A stretch of 64,000 bases of DNA from Octopus sinensis. Lineage: Eukaryota. Within the stretch, counting starts at the first letter, position 1. Each line of letters begins with the position of its first letter. A program made the translations under genes and the position numbers. The stretch is from contig NC_043000.1 of NCBI RefSeq assembly GCF_006345805.1, positions 96,224,001-96,288,000 of the forward strand, read 5' to 3'. This document shows positions 26,230 to 40,009 of the stretch, piece after piece. The notes under the pieces were generated by a model. The model was not told the DNA's origin. It did not search any database and saw only the letters and a program-made list of their open reading frames with translations.

Positions 26230-26504
26230 GCAAGTATCTTATTTTGAAGTTTGAACCCACTCTATTTTATCAAGTATTTATTGCTTTATATTATATGCAC
26301 CAGTCTCGTTAAACTAGAAATTGATTCAAAACAACTTAATGCAGTATTATTTTTCATATAAAATGTTGTGTTTTGGCTATTAAAAGTGCTCTTCTGAGAA
26401 ATATGAAAACATATACACACAGTATAATCTGAGTGAATGAGTGTGTGTGTGTTTCTGTATTTTGTTTTGGTATATTTTTAATCAACTGTACTTATCTTTT
26501 TCAG

Positions 26505-26589
26505 GTTATTTGAGTCTGTAGCTCGATCTTGTATTCAACCTAAGCAGGCACCCAATATTCGGGAACAAGATGCAACAGATGTACATTAA
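26505..26589 (+). CDS. CNOT1: CNOT1 terminal coding exon
   Basis: (K)LFESVARSCIQPKQAPNIREQDATDVH*, TAA at 26587-26589. Confidence 0.93.
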
Positions 26590-29042
26590 TACAAGCACCA
26601 CCACCACCACCACCCCTCCTTAAAAAAAAACACCAAAGACATAAAAGAATTCTGGTCAATGGCAGTGTTACAGCAGTGTTGCACTTGCAACATTTTCCTC
26701 AATGAAGATTGACTTTAACCAATCTTCTAAACTGTATGAGTGTTGTCATATATCCATTGCCATTGGAAATATTTCTTGGATCAAATTATTACTGTCCCGA
26801 TTTCTAATCAGGCTTTTTCAACTAACATCCTGTTTTTTTCTCTCTCTCTCTTTCTGTCTGTCTGTCTGTCTCTCTCTCTTTTTATATAGATAATTTATTT
26901 TAATGTTCATTTATCTTGTACTATAAAGATAATCAAATATTTTTTAATAGACTTCCAAAAAGACAGTAATTTTCTTTTATGACCAAATTCTCTTTTGTTA
27001 ATTTTCCTTATGTACAGTGAATCTATTTTGTTTTATTCTTGTAGTAAAGACATAGTTTATAAATTCTTGAAAGATAATAGTGTTTCTACTGGGCCATGCT
27101 TCAGCTACTATTAAACATTCATGTCTTGATTTTCTTTTTGTAATATATTTTGAAAATTCTCCATTGGAACTCCTAGACTTACTTTTAACCATGTTTTGGT
27201 TAAAAGCAATAAATATTTCTAACTTGGTCAGTTTATTGACTGAGTTTATTTTAATTTTTTTTCCTTCTCTCTTTTGACTTACTGGAATTTTTATGGTTAT
27301 TTGCTTTTTGATTGAATTCCAGTTTACACAAGCTTTTTTTTTCTCTTGCCATATCATTTTAAAAATGGTTTCTATTTGTGACTTTTGTAAATGCTTATTG
27401 AAAATTTTGTATGAAATTCTTTTTTTTTTTTCTTTTGTAAATTCGTTTCTCTTCATTTTCAAACCATCTTTTTATATCAAATTCCTGTATAAAAACTGCT
27501 GAAATGTGAATTTGTCGATGCAGTTAAATGTCAATTGTTTTCACTTCCTAAGTGCCACTGTATCTTTTCTGTTGTGAATATCTCATCTGGATCCAATCAT
27601 CATCTAGCATATGATATCACCATTTTGTGCAAACAGCCTTATTTAGGGCTCTTGTGACTCCTTTCTGTGAATATCTCCTATGTAGCTAGAGCATTGGCCT
27701 GGTCTGGGATGTCGGGTGCCATTTCCTCCTTTTGCTTCCCAGTAATGATGTTTAAAACTGACCTGTTATTAAGGTCTTGGACTTGAACTTTTCAGCAGAT
27801 GTGAACTTGGATGAGGAGACTTTCAAAGAAGGGTGGGATCTGAAAATAATACAAACATACATACAACAAAGACAAGGCAGCAAGCAGAACTTGGATATGA
27901 TTTCTCACCTATGTGATACTTATGCTGAAATTTGAAATAAATTGTTTTTTTTTTCGTTTTTTTTTTTTGTGCTATATATCATTTTTTCTTCTTCCCCTTT
28001 TTATTTAAAACCCAGAAATTATGCTGCTTAATACAGCAACACCTTCATCCCCAATAGTGCCATAATCAATTGTAACCATTTCACCAAATGTATTTTTCCA
28101 TAACTGCAGACTTGACTTGTATATTTTGTCAAACCATGGAGTATTTTCATCCCCTCTCTCCCTTTTTAAATAAAATTTCTTGGAAGGTTAAGTTTGTGAG
28201 AATCTCAAACATGCTTATTTTTTGTTTGTTTTTAATGGTCAATTTAGTTGAAAACATTCAAAACATCCATCATATTTTAAATTTTCTTAGATGTTCTTTT
28301 TTTTTATTTTATTTTTAGTATTCCTTTTTTAATGTTGCAGATTTCTTAAAATTTGGGTATTAGGTAACCTGTGAATCTAATTAAATTAAAATCATAATTT
28401 TTGTTCTTAGTTTCCCCTCTCATTTTTTTATTTCCTCAATTTTGATGTCACAGCTAGGGTTTAGATTTAGATATTTCTTTGTTTTGATCTTATAAGTGTT
28501 TTAGTTGTTTTGCTAGTAAATCAACCCTATTATTATTTAGTAAAATAGTTTAATACAACTGCATCTAGGATTTTAATAATTTTGGTGGGCAAAGTTAAAA
28601 CCTTATGCCACATAGTACCCAAGCTTATGCCAATGCTTGTAGATATTACAAGGTCCTAAACTCTACTCATTTTAAATGTGATTGGAAATTTTGATTATAT
28701 GTTAGGTTAATTAGCATAGCTTCAGAACTCAGTCAGTGAAACTCTTCATTTTAATTTGTTTTTAATTTTACACTTACACTGTTCTGCATTTCAGTCCATC
28801 TTACTCTATAAGTTTGAACCATCTGAAACCATATTCTTGTGTATAACTGCTTTTTACTAACCCATTTATAGTTTGTGTTTTGCCCCTGTATTCTGTGAAC
28901 ATTTATTTTACCTTGTTCTACTTCCTCCTGAGATTTTATAACCATATAATGGTTATATATTTTATGAGCATATTTGTGTATACACTTTGCTGCATACACT
29001 TTGCTAATATTTGAACTAGATTCCTTTTTAATCACAAATAAA
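26590..29042 (+). other. CNOT1: Putative CNOT1 3' UTR ending at an AATAAA poly(A) signal (29037-29042)
   Basis: U-rich 2.45 kb after the stop with none of the SINEs or MITEs that are dense elsewhere; repeats resume shortly after the AATAAA; earlier AATAAA hexamers near 27936 and 28168. Confidence 0.55.
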
Positions 29043-30914
29043 ATTTGAATTGATTGTTAGGTATACAATTTCAAGATGGCAATGCTTATAATTGATACTT
29101 TTGGATATAATGAAATTGATTTGTTGTTAGCCTTATAGTTTAGCTCTGTTTAAAAAAAAACAAAAAATTTATAGTCATTCTTTGTAAGAGAGTGACTTGG
29201 TAGTATGTATTTTGCTTTTGCTAATTGTTTTTAGGTGCCTATGTAGTTATAAGTCCCTTCTTGATCCTCTTGCTCCATTAGCTACACCAATACTAAACTG
29301 GTACTCATTTCATTTGACTAGACTGGAGCTGTGTAACAAAATTCCTTGCTCAAAGACATGACACACTTCCCATCCGCGAACTGAACCCATGACCTTATGA
29401 TTGTGAGTCCAACACTCTAACGGGAGGCAACTTCACTAAAGTTCTGTATAATAGCTTGGCTTGTTGCATTTTTTAAATCTCTGAAATTGTGTTCTTACAA
29501 AATATTTTTTTTTTTCTCTCAGTATTTTTGAAGGGTAAAATCTAATCTGACTAACATAATTTTTCTGAATTTCATTGCCTTGTTCATGAATTTTGCTGAC
29601 ATTTAAATTTTTTTTCCCCAACACATGATCGGTATATGATAATTCTCGCATATAATTTTACTGCAGTGTTTGTCATACCCTTCCATCTCCATGATGCATT
29701 TTATAGTATCAGGGCCTGCTTAAATCAAGTGTTATGACACTATCTGGCCCAAATTTTCTATTAGATTTGACCTCTCATGCCTACTCTACAATGTCATTCT
29801 AAAAATAAACAAACACATCATTGAAATCCTAAATCTTCAAGATAATGCATGATTAATTCAAAACAGTGTGAATAAATATAAGCATCATATTTAATAGAGT
29901 AATCTGAATGCTAAAGAATTAAACAAAGTATATTATCTTAGAATCAAGAGCAGCCTTGAGTGGGTTGATATCAAAATGCTTAAACCAATTGACTTCAAGG
30001 TTGTCACTTTGTACAGCACTGCCTAGTTTCCTCATTGCATATTCTTGACATTTTATAATCCTGCAAATTTTCTAAATCATCTTTATTTTATTTTTTTAAA
30101 TTTTGAATGGTTGACACAATAATAAGCATATTGCATTTAATCTTTTCAGCATATATTTATATATATATTGAATGATTTTAAACTAAGGGTTTCTCATATT
30201 AACTATCACTTTTCTTTTCCTGATGCTTTTGCTGTAATTCAACAAAATTACATCATTGTTTTTAATGTCCACTTTTCCATACTTGCATGTCTCAGATGGA
30301 ATTTGTTGATGCAGATTCTCTATGTTCGTATACCATTCCTGTTGCCAAGTGAGGAAATATATCACCCAAGCTGAACATGTTTTCATAGGAGGTTGGAAAC
30401 AAAGTATACCACTTTTATGATAGTAACACTAATTTCCAGCTTGTATGTGCTGCCAAGACAAGGAGATACTAACAGCCACCAACATACATGCATATGACTG
30501 GCTTCTTTCAGTTTATCTACCACATCAACTCAGAAGGCTTTTGTTGAACTGGAGTATAGTAGACACTTGCTCAAGGGGCCATGCAGTGGCATTGGACCTA
30601 GGACCATATGGTTAGGAAGTAAACTGTACAATCACAGCCATGGTTGATTCCTGTTAAAAACTAACATAAACATTTGTCAATATAATATGGGATGTTAGAA
30701 CAATGTTTTGGCACTAAGCCAGCAATTTCGAGGGCTAAGTTGATTACATCAGCCCCAGTACTCGACTGGTACTTTATTGATCCTGAAAGACAAAATCTTC
30801 AGCAGAACTTGCAATATAAGGATGGACGAAATGCTACTAAAAATTTTGCCCATTGTGCTAATGATTTTGCCAGCTTGCCATTTAAAAAAATTTTTTTTAT
30901 CACTAATATTATTA

Positions 30915-31390
30915 GATGATTGTTGGGCCTCACAGAGTCAATGACAAGTGACCGAGACCTTTGGAGATATGCTTTGCTTGAGAAGTCCCAGCAAGCCAAA
31001 TGAGACTGTGGCCTATGCCAGTGCAGCATAACCATCCCATCTAAGAGTATCCTTCAATTATTGGGCAGTAAACTACGCTTGTGAAGACCTGTTGAGTCAA
31101 GTGAAGTCGTGGCTAATGACGGTACCACCTGATTGTCACCTGTGCTGGTGACACGTAAAAAGCACCATTTGAGCATGGTTGATGCTGGTGCTGCCTGATT
31201 GGCTTCTGTATTGATGGCACATAAAAAGCACCCACTATACTCTGAGAGTGGTTGGTATTAGGAAGGGCATCCAGCTGTGGAAACTCTGCCAGATAAGATT
31301 GGAGCCTGGTGCAGCCTTCTGGCTTGCCAGCCCTCAGTCAAACCATCCAACTCATGCCGGCATGGAAAGCTGACGATAAACAATGATCTA
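30915..31390 (+). mobile_element. RTE LINE 3' end with internally repeated 3' UTR units
   Basis: GLTESMTSDRDLWRYALLEK-like ORF end, then repeated 'ggtggcacgtaaaaagcacc'-type units and the tail shared by many SINE copies. Confidence 0.6.
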
Positions 31391-34300
31391 TATTCAATAA
31401 AAATGCCAAATAATTTTGAAATTTAAGGCAGTTAAAAGATGAACTTATCATCCACTCCTTTTGACTCCAATACTATTATATAAAGGTTTCCACTTCCCTA
31501 CCATCCACTTAGACAAAGACTAATCAAAACTAACGAAGGCCTGAAACAATTATCTGTTCATCAATCATCTTAGAATTCACTGGTGTAGAATTATTGACTT
31601 TTTTTTTTTAAATCTAAATTTTTTTTTAACCTTTTATGGCTACCATGATCAAAACATATTGCATTTACAAAAATTTGGCACATCCACTTTTTTTCTTTCT
31701 TTTCTGCTGGTTAGAATGGTAAAACAAAAAAAGATCCCAAATGAAATTTCATGTCATCATTCATGTGATAATGAATTTATTTTAATATGAACATTAACCC
31801 TGTCAAGCCATAGCAGGTATGGCTTAAATGTCATCTGTGCCAAATTCCCACTAAAGCAGTAACGAATCACGTGCACAGAAAAGGATGATAAAATACTAAA
31901 ATTAGATAAATGATCAACTTGCAGCTTTGTAGTCAGGTGTATTTGTGACTAATTCATAGGTGTTGTTTACTTTTGTTTTTAATTGTGAAGAAAAAAATAT
32001 GTGATGAACCCGGCACTTTCTCTTGTAAACCAACAAAGCCTGAACTCTGCAGTTGAGGAAATTATTGATGATATTTATTCTTTGGATGAAAAGTTTACAC
32101 TTATGCTGGCAATGAGTGATTCAAACTGGTGAACATGATGAAACTAGCCATTCAAATGAACAAATATGGTAGTTGAAAGATATCATTCTTTTTTTTTTTT
32201 TTTTTTTGTGACAGTTCATTTATTTGTTTGCAATCATTACTCTTGAGCTGTATATGCAACTATTTATTTTTTGATTTAGGACCCCAGGTCTGAGAAGGTA
32301 AATTAAAAGGGTGGTTGGATTGGTGATGTAGGAACAGTTGTGATTTGAGGCTAGTATTGAAATAGGTGCAGGCATGGCTGTGTGGTCAAAAGTTTGTTTC
32401 CCAGCAACATGATTCCCAGTTCAGTCACTATTTGCCCCCAGACCAACCAAATCCTTATGAGTGGTTTTGGTAGATGGAAATTGAAAGAAGTCCATCATAT
32501 TTGTGTGTGTGTGTATTACTGTCTCCTTGTTTTGACATAGTGTGATAGATGTAAATGAGTGTCCTTAATTTCCAGTATTCTGTGAAGATATATCTGTTCA
32601 TGGGGAAATATCACCCTACTTGGAAACAGGTGCAGATTAGTGACATCCCACTAGAAAATTCACCTCAACTAAATCCATCCAACTCATGTGAATATTGAAA
32701 AGTAGACTTTAACCCTTTTAGCATTTAAACTAGCCATATTTGGCCTAAATACTCAACCTGTTTTATGTTCAAACTGGCCAGATCCAACCTTCTGATACCC
32801 ACCTTAAACTAAACACATCATTAAAATCTTGAAGCTATGAGCATGCTTAGTTCAAAACAATGTAAATAAATAAGCATCACATTTGACAGCGATATCTGAA
32901 TGCTAAACGGGTAGAATGATGGTTTCATCACCCACCCCTCTCAGTGATTGGGTTTTGTGATTTGCTCATGGAAAATATTGCCTCTGCTGAAGGTTTTTTT
33001 ATACAACCTGTAATTCATTAAGTAACAATAGTTGTCTGGCTTTTGATATTTGCACTTTGATTTCAAGTTCTATTATTTTTCTCTGTTCCATCTTTCAGTA
33101 TTTCAATCCCCTTTTTAGTGACATGCTGTTTCTATTTCACTTTTATGGGTCAAATGGATGATAAGCACCAATTAAGAATTTCTTGTTTTAGCTCCCTCAA
33201 ACACCCTGCCTCTTTTTTTTTTTTTTTATAACCAGGACAGGAACTTGTAATTTTCTTTAAAGAAAAATGAAATTGCTTGGCCACAGATCAGTTGAATGTA
33301 ATTTGAGAATTTTAACTGTTGCTAAGCAACCATGAAGTTGTATGCTATCTACCTTTTTATTCATCCCAATGTGCTTGCAACTTTAGCATTGCCTCCTGGT
33401 ATTTTCATGTATCTTTCTTGAACATATAGATGCTGGTGTTGTTCACATTGTTTCGGGTTCAGTCCCACTGTATGGCACCTTCGGCAGGTGTCTTCTATAG
33501 CCTTGGGTTGACCAAAGAATTGTGAATGGATTTGGTAAACAGAAACTGAAAGAAGCCAGTTGTATATATATATATGTGTGTGTGTATCCCATTACCATTT
33601 GACAACTGGTATTGGTGTGTGTACATCCCCTCAACTTAGCTTTTTGGCAAAAGGCCTGATAGAATAAGTACCAGGCATTACAGAAAAACACTTTTTATGC
33701 TCTGCTTTTGCTGGTTTCAGTCATGGAACCAGTGATAATGCTGGGGCACTGCTTTCAAGAGTTTTGTTTAATTATATCAACATACCTATCCATTACCCAT
33801 CTCTTTATCTCAGATTACATAGCATCTTCCCATTTTTAAGAGTTACTTCCCTTTCGGCAATAATTATCAACTCGATGGTTTAGTACAATTTAACTCAAGC
33901 CCTGTTTGTCACTTATCCAAGGTGCCACTCAGTAACATTGAACTCAAGACCATGGTTGTGAAGTATCCTTTCTAACTACTACACTATTTTTTTTTTCTAT
34001 TTTAAGGCCCAAGGGTTGGGGGCCTGGCTTATTCCTAAACAATCATGTAGGAAATGCATTAACAACTGAATTTAATGTTGTCACTAATGATATAACTAGA
34101 TTTAAGCCTTTTATCTAATTAATAATCTCGCCTTTCATTTTACAGCCGCTCTAGCTGTAAAATGATCACAAATTTAAAGAGGGTTAAGGATGAGAATTGT
34201 CTGTTGCACAGCCTTACCTCAAAAACAAATGTTGCATTAGCATAAGTTTAAAATTCAAACTGTTTTGGAGTAAGTATAGTTCAATGGAAGTTTTCTTTTT

Positions 34301-37300
34301 TAAACCACCTCCCTTGTATCACTTGGTATTGCATTTTTTTCAACTAATCTTGAGGAGCTGTGCATTTGCAGAGTGGTATTCAAATGATCAGAAAAGGGGT
34401 CCCTATGATGAGGGGAAGATGGAAGTGCATTGTGACCAGTGGTGTATAACATCTGATAGTCTGGTTGATAGTGATGTGTGTATAGTATATGTAAATTTTG
34501 GTCAGTATTTTTAACTTACCTCATTTATTGCTTATTTGACCTTTTTTTTTTCCTGAGCTCTTTTGTGACAGTAGCTAGAAAACTTAACAGTGTCTTCCTT
34601 GTGTTGTGTGTATCAATAACTTCGTTTCTGTACCTGTTTGCTATATCAGTGCTATCTTGAAGGGGTATTCTAGCTGTACACCTCTTGCTTATATTTAACT
34701 ACATTATTCAATATAACTGCCCCCCACATTTGTTTTTTTTTTAATATCTTTCAAAGATTGTAGGGCTTGATTTTTTTTTTTTTTATCAAGATGTCTTGGA
34801 GGCATATGGCTATGACTAATAGCTTTGGAGAGAACTGGGTGCTACCAAGCTAACTTGCCCATGATACATTCATGATAACCAGAACCCATACTGGATTGGT
34901 TGTTGCCTGGGTTAATATCAAACAGTGGACAGATCTCAATTTCATTGAGATCTGGTTGTGATGTCGTCAATGAATTCCCTTAACCACAGTCAAGATAGGA
35001 AGGATGGAAGTGCTTGATTTGAAAGATTTTGCTACCATTATTAGCAATGATCTGACAGGGTTTCCTCAGTCCAGAGCATAGGAATAATGTGCAAAGAGGG
35101 ATTGGTCAAGTGATATAGTGGGTTACTCCAGATGTTGGTATTTCTTGGAGATAAAAATCATGTTTCTTCACTTTAGCTTACTGTGTTAAGGAATAGCTAT
35201 TTGTGAAAGTTTATACCCTTGTCTCTAATTTACTTAAACCTTTAAGCATTTAAACTGGCTGTATCCAACCCTATGTTCAGACTGGGCAGATCCAGTCTCA
35301 CACACCTATCTTACAATGTCATTCTAAAAACATACACATACCATTGAAATCTTGAAGCTATAAGATGATACATAATTTAAACAACATGAATAAATGAGCA
35401 ATACATTTGACATAGAAATCTGAATGCTAAAGAGTTAACACTTTTGCTGCTGCCTCTGATTCTGAGTTACAAAACCTGGGTTTTAAGAGTTCATATGTCA
35501 ATGTCATCATTCTATTTTATGTAAGAACTTATCTTTTATTACCCAACATCATCTTTAAATTGTAAGGATTTATTAAAATTACCTAGCTTTTTCAGTATTA
35601 GTATTTGCAAAATTAAAACACTAGTTACTTAAAAAATACAGAAACAAAAGGTTCAGTGTTCTGGAAATATCAGTTTTAAGAACAGAACAACACTCATAAA
35701 CACCATTTTGAGACAAAAAATAACTATAGGTTTTACTAACTAGATGTAAACCATTTATCTATTTGCTTCAGTCCAAAATCTTTACTTCATCATCATCATC
35801 ATCGTTTAGTGTCCGTTTTCCATGCTAGCATGGGTTGGTAACATTTACATCAAAATCTTAGTTAACGTGTAATCCGCGAACATTCTTCTACATTACTGCT
35901 GTCCTGAGTTCTGTGAAACTTGCATAAAGCAAAATTCAAAAAAAAAATCTATATATTCAGACAATAATTTCAGTGTTACATCACTACTGCTGTGATTGCT
36001 GTTTCTCTTGCCTATTTGCAGGGTGATGTCTATAAGAAAAGCATACACGTAGAAATTTGTATGAAGTTACATTCTAGATAATCTAATGTAGATTACTTTT
36101 GCAAAAATAATGTTATGCATTTGTTGGTAAGTCTGATTTGTCAGGTGACATAATCAGTAATGATTATTTTTGATGGTGTTGTTGGTTATATAATTTACGA
36201 GTGTGTGTATATGTGATTTGATTGTTTTTCTGATCTAACTGGATTAAGCTGTACCTGAATAATGAAGCCAATGCAGCTGATGTTGAGTTTCCACTGCTTA
36301 GATGTTTTGCATCTGTTAGGTTGAAATACATTTGGTGCAGGTGTGGCTATGGTGAAGTAGTTTACTTCCCAGCAACATGGTTTCAGGTTCAGTCCCACTG
36401 GTGGACAGTGTGGACTCTACATTTGTATTAACATTACCTATCACAGCAAAGTTTAAATACAAATTAGCCTGGGTACCTGGGATGAATTAGGAGAGAAAAT
36501 TAGGTTTTTTTTTTTTTTGTCTTGAAGAAAATGTATTTTATGTTAGTAAGAATTGGCAGGTATGGTTAAGGTTAGACAAATGTCAAAGGATGTTTGTGTC
36601 AAGAAGGAGAATTATCCAATAGACTTATGTTTCTTATTTGGTTTTATTGGTCATATTTGTAGTAGTTTTGTCAGGAAAAAAGCAGAAACTGAAACTTATG
36701 AATTGGTGCTGTTAACTTCAATTACTTGTAAGTAATTGAATGTTTGTGCGGTTGAGAAGTTTGAACCTGAAACCTTGTGGTTAGGAAGCAGTCTCACAGT
36801 GTACTATCTAGGCTAGGTTCTACAATAACCCCAAGTCAACCAAAGCCTTGTAAGTGGATTTGATAGATGGAAACTGAAAGAAGCCTGTCATATAAAAGTA
36901 TGTGTGTGTACATTTGTTTCCTTGTGACATCATGTGATAGTTGTAAATGAATACAATTGTCATACAAGCATTTCATTTCCAATATTCCGCATAAACATGT
37001 CTGACCAAGGAGGAAATATTACTTTGCTTGGAAATAGGTGTGGGTTGGTGACAAGAAGGGCATCTGGCCCCCAAAAAATTTGCAAACATGGAAAAGTGGA
37101 TGATTAGGATGATTTGTGTCATGCATTCATTCAAGAGGAATTGAGAGAATTCTGGTTAGAGAATCCTCAGCATTGTGAACCAAAGGCAACCATCCACAGT
37201 GAACCTAGACATCTGAGTTGGAGATCACTGACCAGTCACAATTCCAACAGAAGATGCCATATAATGTGAGGATCAGATATTGATTCAAGATCCAACTTGC

Positions 37301-37934
37301 TTGTAGTAAGCCATTTTTTTTCAGCTACCCATCCTGTTCTTCACATATTCTTAGGGTGAGTTATGAGATGACTACAATGCATTACAAAGGTATTTACGAG
37401 GGATGACAATGTGTGTGACCAGACCAGTGGAAGTGTCTTTTGAACAAGACTTCTTGTAAGTAGCCCAACTAAAGTCAGTGAGTATGGGGAGGCCTCTTGA
37501 AATTGTCTCTAGGGTTACCATTCACAAACTGGAGTAGAAGAAAATATGGGTATATAGGACTGCTGATTGTACAGGACAACCACCAGAGGAATTATTCATG
37601 GGCCCTGTTTTTTTTACAAGGTAAGATGCAATTAGAAACAATGTGTTAGGACATTGTGGACGCCCTAACTGAGAACTTGACCTGAGGGATTAATAGCATT
37701 AACAATACTACAGATAGATACCCTCCCAAAGAGGGACAGTTGTTTTATTATGGTACCCCACCAGCAAGGTTGTTTTACTGGAATCTGGTTCCCCTTCATT
37801 GGTGGCCTGCAATTTGAAGCAACCAGGGCTCCTGAATAGGTTACTTTCTTGCAGATTGCAGAAGCATATAAAGAAAAGAGGTGCTATATTACATTGAAAC
37901 ATTGGTACTAAATGCAGTAATTAGAAAGGAATAA

Positions 37935-38260
37935 AGGCACATGGCTCAGTAGTTATTGTTGGGCTCACAATCATGAAGTAGTGAGTTTGATTCGTGGACT
38001 GGGCTCTGTTGTTTGTGAGCAAGACACTTTATTTCATATAGCTTCAGTTCACTCAGCTGCAGAAAAGAGCTGCAATGTCACTAGTGCCAAGCAGTATCGG
38101 CCTTTACCTTTCCCTTGGATAACATTGGTGGCATGGAGAGGGGTGATTGACATGCATCGGTGACTGCTAGTCTTCAATAAACAACCCTGTCCAGATTTGT
38201 GCCTTTGAGGGAAACTTTATAGGTGCAATCCCACAGTCATTTATGACCACAGGGGGTCTA
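37935..38260 (+). mobile_element. tRNA-derived SINE (third family)
   Basis: A-box-like tggctcagtagtt and B-box-like gagtttgattc; second copy at about 55950-56245. Confidence 0.65.
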
Positions 38261-38653
38261 TTTTAATTAGAAATGAAGAATTTGATGTATGATACCAATT
38301 TGCAAGATATTGTTGAAAAAAGAACTGAGGATAATGAGCATTGTCAAAGTAAGAAAGGAAGTTGGTTGCACTGGTTGTGGATGGTACTCTGAGAAGAGGT
38401 AGACTGAAGAAGACTTTTGATAAAATAGTTAAATCAGACATGAGCAGAAATCCTGTATTCCTGCAGATCTTTAGCAAGCCTGGGTTAGCTTAGAAAAAGA
38501 ATGAAACCTTCAAATCTTATTAAGCATTTAAATAATAATTCTGTTGACCACCAGTGTAATCAATGGATTAGTTTTTGTCTCTGTATTTCAACATTTTATT
38601 TCAATTCTAAAGGAATAAAATAGTGAAGGACCTTTAGACATTTGAGCAAGAAA

Positions 38654-38875
38654 TTAACCCTTTTCATATCAACCTGTGAGACCACCCCTAATTTTATGAA
38701 ATAAACTCTGTAAATGATCTAAATTAGAACCTTCCATCAAACTTTTATAATAATTTATGTTCTAAACAACAGATTAGTAAAGACAAAGTTATTTTACTAA
38801 ATTCTCCATTAGTTTCAAAACTGATTAAAACAAAAGCACTGAATTTCTACAGAAATATGGTAACAAAAGGGTTAA
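38654..38875 (+). mobile_element. piggyBac-type MITE family 2 (about 220 bp)
   Basis: TTAA-CCCTTTT...AAAAGGG-TTAA; copies at about 36-258, 6025-6240, 15412-15613, 17760-18369 (interrupted), 52445-52640 and 61040-61204. Confidence 0.8.
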
Positions 38876-39467
38876 AGAGAAAAAAAAAAAACGTTTCTCT
38901 GGAATACTGACTTTTCCAGGAGAAATTTACTTCAATGATTATTATGATCACATCATCATCATCGTTTAACGTCCGCTTTCCATGCTAGCATGGGTTGGAC
39001 GATTTGACAGGTCTGGCAAACCTGATGGCTGCATCAGGCTTCAATCTGATCTGGCAGAGTTTCTACAGCTGGATGCCCTTCCTAATGCCTTGTTGAAATT
39101 TTAGTTGTTTGATTAATCTTTAATCAATCATATTGGACATTTTAAAATTGCTTTGAAGGACACTGGTGATCAACTAAACTTAACATTTCTGAGCTAAAAC
39201 AGTTGACTGACTCTTTTAATTTTAGCCCAGAATTTAACAAAAATTCACAAAACACATCATAGAACAATAAATACACATTTCATTTTCAGGAAATTAATCT
39301 TCATTTAAATATTTTAAATGTAAATTAAAAACTAATTCATAGTAAATTCTTTTTTTTTTTTTTAATTGAAGAAAAATTATCCAGTCACTAGTGTTTGTAA
39401 GCTGCATGTTGATATGATAATTACAATGTAACCATTGTAGTTAGTTACAACAAATTAGGGAAATGAA

Positions 39468-39593
39468 TCAAAGTTCCATGACTTCTTCAGAATCTTCATT
39501 CTCTTCTCGTTTGCCAACCTTTTCTAGTTTCATAGACTTCCGTTTCTTTCCTTTTTTCTGTTTAGAATTTGATCGATTCCGTAGACGCTTTTC
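39468..39593 (-). CDS. PHF14: PHF14 probable terminal coding exon (basic then acidic tail)
   Basis: 126 nt after a ttaatag acceptor; EKRLRNRSNSKQKKGKKRKSMKLEKVGKREENEDSEEVMEL*. Confidence 0.72.
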   Translation of the reverse strand, partial: EKRLRNRSNSKQKKGKKRKSMKLEKVGKREENEDSEEVMEL

Positions 39594-40009
39594 CTATTAA
39601 AGTGAAGCAAAACACAACAAACAAAAATATTACAAGACACTATCCAAAGGAGAGAAATTAAATTATTTTTGTTGGTCATTCAATATGAAGGTATCAATAA
39701 TTCCATGATTTTAAAGTAAGTTTTTACCTTGTGTATCAGCTGCTATTGTAGTTTTTTTTAGATTTTTTTCTGTGAACTTACAAAAGAAATATGTGAATAA
39801 AAAAGATAGGGAATTATTTACAATCAAGTGATATACATTTACATTTAGAAACTGGAAATGTTTCTATAAATGACACCTTCATGAAAGTAAGTCTCTTCTA
39901 ACTTTTGAATAATAATAGTAATAATAATGATGATGATTAGTTATTATATAATAATAAATATGTAGTACAGTAGGAAGGAGAACAAAGGAAAACATCAGGA
40001 AAAAGCACA

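Noticed and set aside
26998-27462. 154-aa Lys/Ile-rich minus-strand ORF and similar short ORFs in the track
   Set aside because: Antisense translation of the U-rich 3' UTR, or of SINE and microsatellite sequence; no splice or homology support
27763-27839. Antisense exon-like segment (ttttcag...gtcagt on the minus strand) in the CNOT1 3' UTR, as a possible extra PHF14 exon
   Set aside because: Encodes no PHD-like or otherwise recognisable peptide in any frame
31795-32170. TTAACCC start with an acidic peptide (VEEIIDDIYSLDE) suggesting a piggyBac 5' end
   Set aside because: No matching right TIR or catalytic domain found
37140-37900. GC-richer non-SINE block, possibly an old LINE or a missed exon
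   Set aside because: No sustained open frame and no motif I can identify
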